DNA of 64,000 nucleotides from Thermoanaerobaculia bacterium. Its GTDB lineage: Bacteria; Acidobacteriota; Thermoanaerobaculia; UBA5066. Location of the stretch: positions 1,472,420 through 1,536,419 of the forward strand of contig JAXLQV010000003.1 of NCBI GenBank assembly GCA_046331465.1. Reading direction: 5' to 3'. Under the pieces are notes generated by a model. That model did no database searches and was not told the DNA's origin. It saw nothing but the letters and a program-made list of their open reading frames with translations. Below, piece by piece: positions 1 to 9,136 of the stretch (positions are counted from its first letter, which is position 1; every line of letters starts with the position of its first letter). A program made the position numbers and the translations under genes.

Positions 1-1191
1 GGAGGTAGTCGCCGGACGTGACGTCCTCTTCCACGGCGAGCGACGGGAGCCCGTCGCGCCGGTCCTTCAGCACCTCGATGAACGTGACGAAGAAGTTCGG
101 CACCCCTTCGCGGAGCTGCTGGACGAAGGCGTGCTGGTCGGTCGAGCCCTTGTTCCCGTAGACGGCGATCCCCTGGTGGACGGTGTTCCCCGAGAGGTCC
201 TTCTCCTTGCCGAGCGACTCCATGACGAGCTGCTGGAGGTAGCGCGAGAGGAGGAGGAGGCGGTCCTTGTAGGGGAGGACGACCATGTCCTTCAGGCCCC
301 GGCCGCCCGTCTCCCGGTACCACGCGAGGGCGAGGAGCGCGGCGGGGTTCTTCGCGACGTCGGGGATCCGGGTCGCGGCGTCGCAGGCGCGCGCCCCCTC
401 GAGGAGGCCGTCGACGTCGAGCCCCTGCAGCGCGGCGGGGAGGAGGCCGACAGCGGAGAGCTGCGAGGTGCGGCCCCCGACCCAGTCCCACATCGGGAAG
501 CGGGCGAGCCACTTCTGCCGGACGGCGCGCTTGTCGAGGTCGCTTCCCTCCTGCGTCACGGCGACGGCGTGCCGCCCGAAGTCGAGCCCCTTGGCGGTGT
601 AGGCCGCCTGGGCGACGAGCATCCCGTTGCGCGTCTCCTTCGTCCCGCCGGACTTCGAGACGACGACCGTGAGCGTGTGCCGGATCCCACCGGCGGCGGC
701 GATCCGGTCCATCTCGCGCGCCATCCCGTCGGGGTCGGTGTTGTCGAAGAAGAAGAGGCGGAGCTTGTCCTCCCCGCTCCCGAGCGCGTCGGCGACGAGC
801 TGCGGGCCGAGCGCGGAGCCGCCGATGCCGACGAGGAGGACGTTCGTGAAGCGCTTTCCCGACTCGGGGGCGACCTTCCCGGAGTGGACGTCGGCGGCGA
901 ACGCCTTCACGCGGGCGACGGTCTCCTCGATCGCCTGCCCGAGGTGCTCCGGGGCGAGCTCGGGGGCGCGCAGCCAGTAGTGCCCCACGCGGCGCTTCTC
1001 GTCGGGGTTCGCGATCGCCCCGCCCTCGAGCGCGGCCATCCCCGAGAAGGCGGCGGGGAACGCCTCGAGGAGGAGCGGGTCGCTCGTCTTGGCGTGCGTC
1101 GGGAGGCAGGTCCTCGAGACGTCGACGAGGAGCGGGACGGAGGGCGCGGCGGCGGAGAGGCTCCGGATGCGGGAAAGGGAGGCGTCGGTCA
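1..1191 (-). CDS. pgi: Glucose-6-phosphate isomerase, partial (C-terminus beyond window edge)
   Basis: Minus-strand translation VTDASLS...[15 protein letters not shown]...[15 protein letters not shown]...WDWVGGRTS matches PGI signature regions; GTG start preceded by GAGGTGA; absent from ORF track because it runs off the edge. Confidence 0.8.
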
Positions 1192-1250
1192 CGTTTCACC
1201 TCGGGGGAGCGCGCTGGAATCCCCTTAGACTAACCGCAAAGGAGCTTCCC

Positions 1251-2234
1251 ATGGCCGACGCCAGGAACCTGGCCCTCGGGATCGACGTCGGGGGGACGAA
1301 GATCCTCGCGGGCGTCGTCGACGAGAAGTGGCGCATCCTCGGGCGGGGAAAGGTGAGGAGCCCGTTCCGGGGCGGCCCGGCGGAGATGACGGCCGCCATC
1401 GTCGGCGCCGCCGACGCGGCGCTTGCCGAGGCGGGGGCCGGACGGGCGGACGTCGCCGCGGCGGGCCTCGGCGTCCCCGGGCCTCTGGACGAGGGGCGGA
1501 CGACGCTGCTGCGCGCCGTGAACCTGGGCGTCGAGAAGTGGGAGATCCCTCCCGCTCTCGAGCCGGCCTTTCCGGGGATCCCGAAACGGCTCGAGAACGA
1601 CGTCCGCGTCGCGGCGCTCGGAGAGGCGCGGCTCGGCGCCGCGAAGGGCGAACGGCTGGTCGTGGCGATCTGGGTCGGCACCGGCATCGGCGGTGCGGTC
1701 CTCCTCGACGGGAAGCTCTGGCTCGGCCGGAACCGGAACGCGGGGGAGATCGGGCAGAGCTTCATCGACCTGAAGAAGGCGGGGAACGGGACGGCGGACG
1801 GGACCCTCGAGGGGATCGGCGCGAAGGTCGGGATGACCGCCTTCATCCGCCGGCGGATCGAGAAGGGGGAGAGGACCACGGTCTCCCGCTCGATCCTCGA
1901 GAAGGACGGGAGGCTCAAGGGCTCCGACCTCCGCAAGGCCCTCGCGGCCGGGGACACGCTCGTCGAGCGGGCCGTCGCGCGGTCGGCTCGGGCCGTGGGG
2001 ATGACGGTCGCGACGCTCTGGAACGTCTTCTCGCCCGACCTCTTCGTCCTCGGCGGCGGGGTCGCCGAGGACGTCGGCGAGCCCTACGTCGAGCAGGTCC
2101 GCGTCGCGGCGAACCAGCACGCCTTCTTCACCGACCTCGCCCCGGTCCGGATCGTCCGGTCGGCGCTCGGGGACGACGCCGGGATCCTCGGGGCGGCCGT
2201 CCTGGCCCGCGAAGGGCACGGGGGGAGGGGCTGA
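1251..2234 (+). CDS. glk: ROK-family sugar kinase (glucokinase-like)
   Basis: LGIDVGGTKI...ENDVRVAALGE...GTGIGGAVLLDGKL motifs typical of ROK kinases; AAGGAG RBS 8 nt before ATG; divergent from pgi. Confidence 0.75.
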   Translation: MADARNLALGIDVGGTKILAGVVDEKWRILGRGKVRSPFRGGPAEMTAAIVGAADAALAEAGAGRADVAAAGLGVPGPLDEGRTTLLRAVNLGVEKWEIPPALEPAFPGIPKRLENDVRVAALGEARLGAAKGERLVVAIWVGTGIGGAVLLDGKLWLGRNRNAGEIGQSFIDLKKAGNGTADGTLEGIGAKVGMTAFIRRRIEKGERTTVSRSILEKDGRLKGSDLRKALAAGDTLVERAVARSARAVGMTVATLWNVFSPDLFVLGGGVAEDVGEPYVEQVRVAANQHAFFTDLAPVRIVRSALGDDAGILGAAVLAREGHGGRG

Positions 2235-2291
2235 ACCGGCGGACCGGGCCGGTTTGACCTCCGGGAGCCGGATCAAGACAATCGACCGCCC

Positions 2292-3080
2292 GTGAGCTGC
2301 ACCTCCTGCTCCCTCGGCACCCTCGTCAACCCCGGCGGCAACTACGTCGGGGCCCGCCTCGCCGACGCGATGGACGGGAAGGTCACGCTCGTCTTCGCGG
2401 GCGAGGTCGCCGTCCGGATGGGCGAGCGGATCGTCGTCGAGACCGAGGAGGGGCCCGAGTTCGCCGAGGTGACGACCCTGACCCCCGTCCTCGCGAAGTC
2501 GTGCTCCCAGAAGAAGGCGAAGCGCCTCCTCCGCCTCGCCTCCGACTCCGAGTCGGCCGACTACGCCGAGCGCCTCGAGCTTCAGGAGGAGGCCGCCCGG
2601 TTCGCGTCGAAGAGGATCGAGGAGCTGCGTCTCCCGGTCAGCCTCGCCCGGTGCGCCGTCCCGTTCGACCGGCGCCGGATCACCGTCCTCTACTCCTCCG
2701 ACGAGCGGGCGAACCTCCGCGACCTCTGCCGCGAGATGTCCGACCGCTTCCGGCTCCGCGTCGAGGCCCGGATGATCGGCGTGAGGGACGAGACGAAGAT
2801 CGTCGGCGGCATCGGCCCGTGCGGGCTGACGCTCTGCTGCTCCACCTGGCTCCGGGGCTTCCACCCCGTCACGATCCGGATGGCCAAGCTCCAGGGGATC
2901 ACGCCGAACCCCTCGAAGCTGACGGGAATGTGCGGCCGGCTGAAGTGCTGTCTCGCCTACGAGCTCGAGGGGGGGATCGAGGCCGCCCGCCGGATGGGGA
3001 GCAAGGGCCCCGACCGGAAGGACGGCGACCGGAAGGCCCCGCCCCAGGCCCCGCCCCAGCCTCCGCCGCCGGCCGCCTGA
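2292..3080 (+). CDS. ricT: PSP1 C-terminal domain protein (RicT/YaaT-like regulatory Fe-S complex subunit)
   Basis: Cys-rich block [13 protein letters not shown]...[13 protein letters not shown] characteristic of PSP1/RicT; start may be slightly downstream. Confidence 0.65.
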   Translation: MSCTSCSLGTLVNPGGNYVGARLADAMDGKVTLVFAGEVAVRMGERIVVETEEGPEFAEVTTLTPVLAKSCSQKKAKRLLRLASDSESADYAERLELQEEAARFASKRIEELRLPVSLARCAVPFDRRRITVLYSSDERANLRDLCREMSDRFRLRVEARMIGVRDETKIVGGIGPCGLTLCCSTWLRGFHPVTIRMAKLQGITPNPSKLTGMCGRLKCCLAYELEGGIEAARRMGSKGPDRKDGDRKAPPQAPPQPPPPAA

Positions 3081-3156
3081 GCGGGAGCCGACCCCTCGGT
3101 TAGACTCGGTTCAAACGGTACGTACGAGACGGCCTCCCTCTCGGGAAGGAGCCTTC

Positions 3157-3603
3157 ATGCCGCCTGTCCGCAAGCCTCCGACGCCGCCTGCTCCTCCGAA
3201 CGGCGCCCTCCCGCCCGGCTCCGAGCTGGGACCGCGGAAGCTGATCCGTCCTTCCCTCTCCGAGGTCCGACGCGAGTCGGCAGCGCCGCGGGGGCTCCGC
3301 AAGGGTGCGCCGCCGGAGCAGACGAACGCCGAGTCGTTCTACTACCTCAAGCAGATGCAGGCGCGCACTCCGGTCGTCGTCCGCCTCGTGGACGGCGAGG
3401 AGCTCCGCGGCTGGATCGAGTGGTACGACAAGGACGCCATCAAGCTGAACCGCGAGAACGCGCCGAACCTCCTCCTGCAGAAGCACGCGATCAAGTACCT
3501 CTTCAAGGAGGAGGAGGAGCGCCAGTTCCGCCGCCGCAAGGCGCGCGCCGACCGCGAGGACGAGCAGGCCCCGGCGCGCGGCTCCGGCGACCCGGAGCGC
3601 TGA
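3157..3603 (+). CDS. hfq: Hfq-like (Sm-fold) RNA-binding protein with ~65-aa Pro-rich N-terminal extension
   Basis: Core [37 protein letters not shown]...[10 protein letters not shown] aligns to Hfq Sm1/Sm2 (YKHAI) motifs; GGAAGGAG RBS. Confidence 0.6.
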   Translation: MPPVRKPPTPPAPPNGALPPGSELGPRKLIRPSLSEVRRESAAPRGLRKGAPPEQTNAESFYYLKQMQARTPVVVRLVDGEELRGWIEWYDKDAIKLNRENAPNLLLQKHAIKYLFKEEEERQFRRRKARADREDEQAPARGSGDPER

Positions 3604-3674
3604 CCCCCGGCTCCCGCCGCGCCGCAGCCGTGCCCCCCTGCAGCGCCGCCCCGGCACGGCGCTAGACTTCCCCC

Positions 3675-5153
3675 ATGAAGACCGAGAACCTCACGCGCGA
3701 AGCCCTGACGAAGTACGCCGCGGAGAATCGGGAGGCTTTCGAGGCCCTTCTGAAGGACTTCGTCGAGATCCCGAGCGTCTCCGTCGACCCGACGAAGAAG
3801 GACGCCGTCCGCGAGAACGCCAAGCTCGCCGCCGACGTCGTCCGCCGCTTCGGAGGCGAGGCCGCCATCCTGGAGACCGCGGGCCACCCCATCGTGACCG
3901 GCGCCTGGGGGCGGAACCCCGACTGGCCGACGGTCACCGTCTACAACCACCTCGACGTGCAGCCCGCCTCGCAGGAGACGGAGCCCTGGACGACGGAGCC
4001 GTTCACCTTCACGAAGAAGGGCGACCGCTACTTCGGCCGCGGCACGACCGACGACAAGGGCCCGGCGCTCACCGCGCTCTTCGGGATCAAGGCGGCCGTC
4101 GAGGCCGAGCTCCCCGTGAACGTCCGCGTCCTCTGGGAGTTCGAGGAGGAGATCGGCTCGCCGAGCTTCGAGAAGGCGGTCGCCGAGAACGCCGCCGACC
4201 TCGCGACGGACTCGGTCCTCGTCTCCGACACGATCTGGATCGCGCGCGGAAAGCCTGCCTGCCCGGCGGGCCTGCGCGGCCTCCAGGGCTTCCTCTTCAC
4301 GCTCGAGACGGGCGAGACGGACCAGCACTCGGGGGTCTGCGGCGGCGCGGCGCGCAACCCGATGGCCGAGCTGATGAAGCTCGTGAGCGAGTGCTTCGAC
4401 GCGACGACGGGGAAGGTGAAGATCCCCGGCTTCTACGACGACGTCGTCCCTCCGACGAAGAAGGAGCTGGAGGACTTCAGGCGCTCCGGCTTCACCGTCG
4501 CCGGCTTCAAGAAGGACCACCTCTTCAGGTCGCTCCGGACGAGCGACGCGCTCGACCTCATGAAGCGGATCTGGGCTCAGCCGACGTTCGAGATCCACGG
4601 CATGGTCGGCGGCTATACCGGGCCCGGCGTGAAGACCGTCATCCCGCCGCGCGCCGAGGTGAAGGTCTCCTGCCGCCTCGTCCCCGACCAGACGGGCGAG
4701 AAGATCGCGAAGCTCGTCACGAAGTTCGTGAAGTCGAAGAACAAGGACGTGAAGGTCGAGGTCAAGAACCGACTCGACCCCTACAAGGGAAGGACGGAAG
4801 GGCCGCTCGCCGAGGCGGTGAAACGCTCGATGAAGTTCGCCTTCCGGCGCGAGCCGGTCTTCGTCCGCGAGGGGGGCTCGATCGGCGCCGTCGTGACGAT
4901 GGAGAAGGTCCTGAAGTGCCCCGTCATCTTCCTCGGCCTCTCGCTCCCGGAGCACGGCTACCACGCCCCGAACGAGAACTTCGACTGGGAGCAGGCCTCG
5001 GGCGGGATGGCGGCCTTCGCCCGCTACTTCGGCGAGGTCGCCTCGCTCGGCAAGCCCTCGAAGATCGCGAAACCCGGCCCGCGCCCGCCGAAGCCCGTCT
5101 CGAAGAAGGCCCCGGCAAAGAAGGCGAAGCCCGCGAAGAAGGGGAAGAGGTAG
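3675..5153 (+). CDS. M20-family metallopeptidase (dipeptidase/ArgE-DapE-like) with Lys-rich C-terminal tail
   Basis: NHLDVQPA, GRGTTDDKGP, EEEIGS metal-binding/catalytic motifs of M20 peptidases; tail KAPAKKAKPAKKGKR. Confidence 0.75.
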   Translation: MKTENLTREALTKYAAENREAFEALLKDFVEIPSVSVDPTKKDAVRENAKLAADVVRRFGGEAAILETAGHPIVTGAWGRNPDWPTVTVYNHLDVQPASQETEPWTTEPFTFTKKGDRYFGRGTTDDKGPALTALFGIKAAVEAELPVNVRVLWEFEEEIGSPSFEKAVAENAADLATDSVLVSDTIWIARGKPACPAGLRGLQGFLFTLETGETDQHSGVCGGAARNPMAELMKLVSECFDATTGKVKIPGFYDDVVPPTKKELEDFRRSGFTVAGFKKDHLFRSLRTSDALDLMKRIWAQPTFEIHGMVGGYTGPGVKTVIPPRAEVKVSCRLVPDQTGEKIAKLVTKFVKSKNKDVKVEVKNRLDPYKGRTEGPLAEAVKRSMKFAFRREPVFVREGGSIGAVVTMEKVLKCPVIFLGLSLPEHGYHAPNENFDWEQASGGMAAFARYFGEVASLGKPSKIAKPGPRPPKPVSKKAPAKKAKPAKKGKR

Positions 5154-5188
5154 ACCCGGCCGCGGCGGAATCGAAGCAACACAGGCCC

Positions 5189-5216
5189 GAAGGCCCCCGC
5201 GAAGAGCGGGGGCCTT
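5189..5216. terminator. GC-rich hairpin downstream of M20 peptidase (putative intrinsic terminator)
   Basis: gaaggccccc-gcgaagagc-gggggccttc inverted repeat immediately 3' of stop codon. Confidence 0.45.
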
Positions 5217-5974
5217 CTCATTCGTACCCGCGCGAGAAGGCGACCGAGCACGAGAGAACGGCATCGGAAGTCCCGTCGAATCCATCGGGGGCCGGCGTGC
5301 GTCAGCGCTCGCCGAGGGAAGCCGAAAGAGGCAGTCGGGTCGCCGTTGGGGTCAAAGGCACGGGGGTCAGGCCTTCGTCTTCCGCTATAGAAGCGTGCCG
5401 CTATGAGGGCCGCGCGAGCCCAAGGGCATCGCGAGAATTCGGACTCGCGAGGCTCGACGTGCCCTTGCCGACTCGGCGAGGTAAACACCGGAGTCCGCGG
5501 GCCGGTTGCCAATGGCGCTACTCCGACTTCCCGCCCGAAAGCGTTCCGGGGCCGCAGACCAGAGGATCCGAAGCGGGCGATGTGCGCCCGAAGGCATCTG
5601 GCGACTCGGGGCGTGGTTCGGTTTCGCTGTCGGTTCGAGGGGCCCGAGCGGGCGGGAGGGGCGTCCCGCAAGCGAGCGTTCGAGCACGCGCGGGGCACCC
5701 GCACGATTCCGCGAGCAGGTCGCCGGATCAGGAGCGCGCGCTGTCTGAGCGAAGCGAGTTCGCGCGCTCCCCGGCGGCCCGCGCAGCGGCATCGATGCGG
5801 GTCACGCGCGCGCAGAGCTCGCCGTGGGACGCCCCTCCCGTCCGCGACTCGAATGGCCCGAGGAAGTGGCCTGGAGAGTCTTCGGGCTCCCGGGCTTTCC
5901 CGGGCTCCGCCTCTTCTCGAAATCTATAGTAGAAAATCAAGACCTGACCCCATCAGTTGGACCCCGTTGGGGAC

Positions 5975-7129
5975 CTATCCGGGGTCCGCGGCGAGGAGGT
6001 CGGCTTTCCAGCGCGAGAGGCCGGTCGCGGCGACGAGGTCGGCGGGGGGGAGGGGGCGGCGGGCGGCGAGCTCGGCGCGGGCGACGTCGACGAGCGCGGC
6101 CCGCGAGGCGAGGACGCCCGGGTCGATTCCGAGGCGCTGCGCGGTGGCGTCGCGCCGGGCCTTGAGCGCGTTGACCGCCTTCTCGAGCGCGGGCTCGGGG
6201 CGGACCGGCTCGCCGCGGCGCGGGGCGGGCCAGGCGGAGGGCGGTTGCGCCTCGGCCGCCTGGATCGCCTCGCGGAGGCGCGCGGCGAACGCGGAGGGAA
6301 CCGGGCGCGGGAAGAGCGCGGCGAGGTCGCGCTCGCCGGCGGCGGCGCGGCGCGAGAGCGCGACGAGCGCCTCGTTGTGGAGGACCCGGAACGGCGGCAG
6401 GTCGAGCGCCCGGGCCCGCTCCTCGCGCGCGTGCCAGAGCTCGCGCAGGAACGCGCGCTCCTTCGGGGCGAGGCCGTTTGAGCCCTTGATCCTCCAGTCG
6501 GTCTCGGGGTCCTCCGGCGCCGGCGAGAGGTCCTGCGCGAGGAGGCGGGCGCACTCCTCGGCGTGCCACGCGGTCCGGCCGCGCGCGGCGAGGTCGGCCT
6601 CGAGGGAGGCCACGAGCGCGTGGAGGTGGAGGACGTCGGACGCGGCGTAGGCGACGAGCGTCGGGGAGAGAGGCCTCCGGCTCCAGTCGGCGCGCTGGCT
6701 CGACTTGTCGAGCGTGACGCCGAGGCGCTGGGAGAGGAGCGCGGCGAGGCCGATCTCCTTGAGGCCGAGGAGCTGCGCCGCCACCATCGTGTCGAAGATC
6801 TCCCGCGGCCGGAAGCCGTAACCGCGGGAAAGGAGCCGCAGGTCGTAGTCGGCCCCGTGCAGGAGGAGCCGCCGGTCCGAGAGGAGCGCGAAGAGGCGGT
6901 CGAGGTCGAGCCCCGCGAGCGGGTCGACGAGCCACGCCGCGCCGTCGCGCGACAGCTGGAGGAGGCAGGCCTTCTCGTAGTAGTGGTGGAAGGAGTCGGC
7001 CTCGGTGTCGAGGGCGACCGCGTCGGCGGGATGCGCCGCGAGATCGGCGACGAGCCGGTCGAGCGCGTCGGCTTCGGCGACGAGGTGTGGCGTTTGTTCC
7101 GCGTAAGTCGGGAGATCGGAAGAGGTCAC
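5975..7129 (-). CDS. rnd: Ribonuclease D (DEDDy 3'-5' exonuclease + HRDC)
   Basis: ALDTEADSFHHYYEKACLLQLS exonuclease motif, HRDC-like C-terminus; GTG start; the long ORF 5975..8470 is an upstream run-on. Confidence 0.75.
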   Translation of the reverse strand: MTSSDLPTYAEQTPHLVAEADALDRLVADLAAHPADAVALDTEADSFHHYYEKACLLQLSRDGAAWLVDPLAGLDLDRLFALLSDRRLLLHGADYDLRLLSRGYGFRPREIFDTMVAAQLLGLKEIGLAALLSQRLGVTLDKSSQRADWSRRPLSPTLVAYAASDVLHLHALVASLEADLAARGRTAWHAEECARLLAQDLSPAPEDPETDWRIKGSNGLAPKERAFLRELWHAREERARALDLPPFRVLHNEALVALSRRAAAGERDLAALFPRPVPSAFAARLREAIQAAEAQPPSAWPAPRRGEPVRPEPALEKAVNALKARRDATAQRLGIDPGVLASRAALVDVARAELAARRPLPPADLVAATGLSRWKADLLAADPG

Positions 7130-7167
7130 GAGACGCGGCAAGGGTAGCACCTCGCGGCCCTTTCTCC

Positions 7168-7197
7168 TTGACGCGCCGAGAAACAGGGGCCGATACT
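7168..7197 (+). promoter_or_regulatory. Sigma70-like promoter of the dcw operon (TTGACG-N18-GATACT)
   Basis: -35/-10 hexamers read from sequence ~90 nt upstream of mraZ. Confidence 0.4.
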
Positions 7198-7200
7198 CCG

Positions 7201-7235
7201 CGTGGGAAAAAGTGGTTACAAGTGGTCGATCGTGG
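7201..7235 (+). promoter_or_regulatory. Putative MraZ operator: four direct repeats GTGGG/GTGGT at 10-bp spacing
   Basis: gtgggaaaaa gtggttacaa gtggtcgatc gtgggcgtag; MraZ is known to bind GTGGG repeats upstream of its own gene. Confidence 0.6.
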
Positions 7236-7288
7236 GCGTAGGGGATGCCGCGGTCGACCGGCGAGCCCCTTTTCCCGGGAAACGAGAG

Positions 7289-7732
7289 ATGGAACGCCTC
7301 CGCGGCAGCGCCGAGTCGACGGTCGACGAGAAGGGCCGGATCAAGGTCCCGGCGAAGTTCCGCGAGCCGATCGAGTCCGCCTTCGGAAACGAGTTCTTCG
7401 TCACGTCGCTCACCGGCGTCGAGATTCTCGTCTATCCGCTGCCGGTCTGGGCGGCCTTCGAGGAGAAGCTCGCCGCGCTGCCGTTCGTCCACCGGACGCG
7501 GCAGAAGTTCCTCGAGCGCTACAACACGTACGGCCAGACCGTGAGCATGGACGGCCAGGGCCGCCTCCTGATCCCGGCGCTCCTCCGGGAGGCCTCGGGG
7601 GTCGGGAGCGAGGTCCTCGTCCTCGCCCAGCCCGACTACCTCAAGGTCGTCGACAAGTCCCGCCACTTCGCCGCCCTCGCCTCCGCGCCGATCACCGATG
7701 AGGACTACGACGATCTCGTCCGCTCTCTCTGA
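7289..7732 (+). CDS. mraZ: Transcriptional regulator MraZ
   Basis: MERLRGSAESTVDEKGRIKVPAKFRE... duplicated MraZ/SpoVT-AbrB fold pattern; first gene of dcw cluster. Confidence 0.85.
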   Translation: MERLRGSAESTVDEKGRIKVPAKFREPIESAFGNEFFVTSLTGVEILVYPLPVWAAFEEKLAALPFVHRTRQKFLERYNTYGQTVSMDGQGRLLIPALLREASGVGSEVLVLAQPDYLKVVDKSRHFAALASAPITDEDYDDLVRSL

Positions 7733-7744
7733 CGCCGAGGCTGT

Positions 7745-8701
7745 GTGGAGCGGCCGACGCACGTCCCCGTCCTCCTCCGGGAGGTCCTCGAGGCCCTCCG
7801 GCCGGAGCGGGGCGGCGTCTACGTCGACGCGACGCTCGGGCTCGGCGGGCACGCCGAGGCGATCCTCGACGCCTCGCCGGCCGTCCGTCTCGTCGGGATC
7901 GACCGCGACCGCGACGCCCTGGCCTTCTCGCGCGAGCGTCTCGCGCGTTTCGGCGACCGTTTCGTCGCGGTGGAGGGGCGCCACGAGGAGCTGGCCCTCC
8001 ACCTCGACCGCCTGGCGCTGTCCGAGGTGGACGGCGTGCTGGCCGACCTCGGCGTCTCCTCGATGCAGCTCGACCGGGCCGAGCGGGGGTTCTCTTTCAT
8101 GAAGGACGGACCTCTCGACATGCGCATGGGCCCGTCGGGCCCGACGGCGGCCGACCTCGTGGCGGAGCTTCCCGCCGAGGAGCTCGCCCGCATCTTCCGC
8201 GAGTACGGCGAGGAGCCGCGCGCCCGCGCAGTCGCCCGCGCCGTCGTCGAGGCGCGCGAGAGCGCGCCGATCCGGACGACGGGGGAGCTCCGCACGCTCG
8301 TCGCGAAGGCCGTCGGCGGCCGGCGCGAGGAGGGGCGCGACCCGTCGACGCGCGTCTTCCAGGCGCTCCGCATCGCCACGAACCGCGAGCTTGTCGAGCT
8401 CGAGCGCTTCCTCGACGACGCGATCGCGCGCCTCTCCCTCGGCTCGCGCCTCGCGGTCCTCTCCTACCACTCGCTCGAGGACCGGATCGTCAAGGACGTC
8501 TTCCGCGACCGGTCGGCCGGCTGCAGCTGCCCCCCCTCGTTCCCGGTCTGCGTCTGCTCGCGCCGCCGCGTCCTCGCGCTCGTGACGCGCAAGCCGGTGC
8601 GGCCCTCGCCGGAGGAGGTCCTCGCGAACCGGCGCGCGCGCTCCGCGCGGCTCCGGGTCGCCGAGCGCGTCGCCCCCCCGGGGCCGCCGAGGTCCGGCTG
8701 A
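7745..8701 (+). CDS. rsmH: 16S rRNA (cytosine1402-N4)-methyltransferase RsmH (MraW)
   Basis: HVPVLLREVLEAL...YVDATLGLGGH...DLGVSSMQLD motifs; position after mraZ. Confidence 0.9.
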   Translation: MERPTHVPVLLREVLEALRPERGGVYVDATLGLGGHAEAILDASPAVRLVGIDRDRDALAFSRERLARFGDRFVAVEGRHEELALHLDRLALSEVDGVLADLGVSSMQLDRAERGFSFMKDGPLDMRMGPSGPTAADLVAELPAEELARIFREYGEEPRARAVARAVVEARESAPIRTTGELRTLVAKAVGGRREEGRDPSTRVFQALRIATNRELVELERFLDDAIARLSLGSRLAVLSYHSLEDRIVKDVFRDRSAGCSCPPSFPVCVCSRRRVLALVTRKPVRPSPEEVLANRRARSARLRVAERVAPPGPPRSG

Positions 8702-8707
8702 GGGGCC

Positions 8708-9136
8708 GTGTACACCGTCCGCCGCCCCGTCGAGAACGTCTACCTCGTCCGCGAGCCTGACCGACGGCGGACCCGGGAGCTCCTCGCCCTCCTCCTCTCC
8801 CCGCTCCCCCCGATGGCGGTCCTCTTCGCCGCGATCTGGACGAACCTCGAGACCTTCCGCCTGGGCTACCAGATCGAGCGCCTCCAGAAGCAGAAGGAGG
8901 CGCTCGTCGAGAAGCAGCGCCAGCTCGAGATGGAGCGCGCCCGCGTCTCGGCCCTCGCCCGCGTCGAGGGGGTCGCGCGGGAGCGGCTCGGCCTCGTGAC
9001 GCCGGGCCGCGACCAGGTCGTCTTCGTGAGGGACGGCGCCCTCGCGCCCGCCCCGCCCGCTCCGGCGCCCGCGAAGCCCGCGGGGCCCGAGACGCAGGGG
9101 CCGCCGGCGCCGGTCCAGACGGAGGAGGGCTTCTGA
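8708..9136 (+). CDS. ftsL: Cell division protein FtsL-like
   Basis: Small bitopic protein with TM helix and coiled-coil, Pro-rich tail; position between rsmH and ftsI. Confidence 0.6.
   Translation: MYTVRRPVENVYLVREPDRRRTRELLALLLSPLPPMAVLFAAIWTNLETFRLGYQIERLQKQKEALVEKQRQLEMERARVSALARVEGVARERLGLVTPGRDQVVFVRDGALAPAPPAPAPAKPAGPETQGPPAPVQTEEGF

Noticed and set aside
131-1228. 365-aa plus-strand ORF over the pgi region
   Set aside because: Arg/Gly/Pro/Glu-rich off-frame composition; the minus strand encodes a clear glucose-6-phosphate isomerase.
5150-5297. tmRNA (ssrA): exact GGATTCGACGGG 5' motif on the minus strand at ~5283-5272 and a T-loop-like GCTTCGATTCC ~110 nt downstream
   Set aside because: A minus-strand tmRNA would have to extend ~350 nt into the well-supported M20 peptidase CDS. 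The T-loop-like element is non-canonical (C instead of G at the 5' of the T-stem). No acceptor pairing or tag reading frame ending in the usual hydrophobic tag could be found. Left as an unconfirmed ncRNA hint only.
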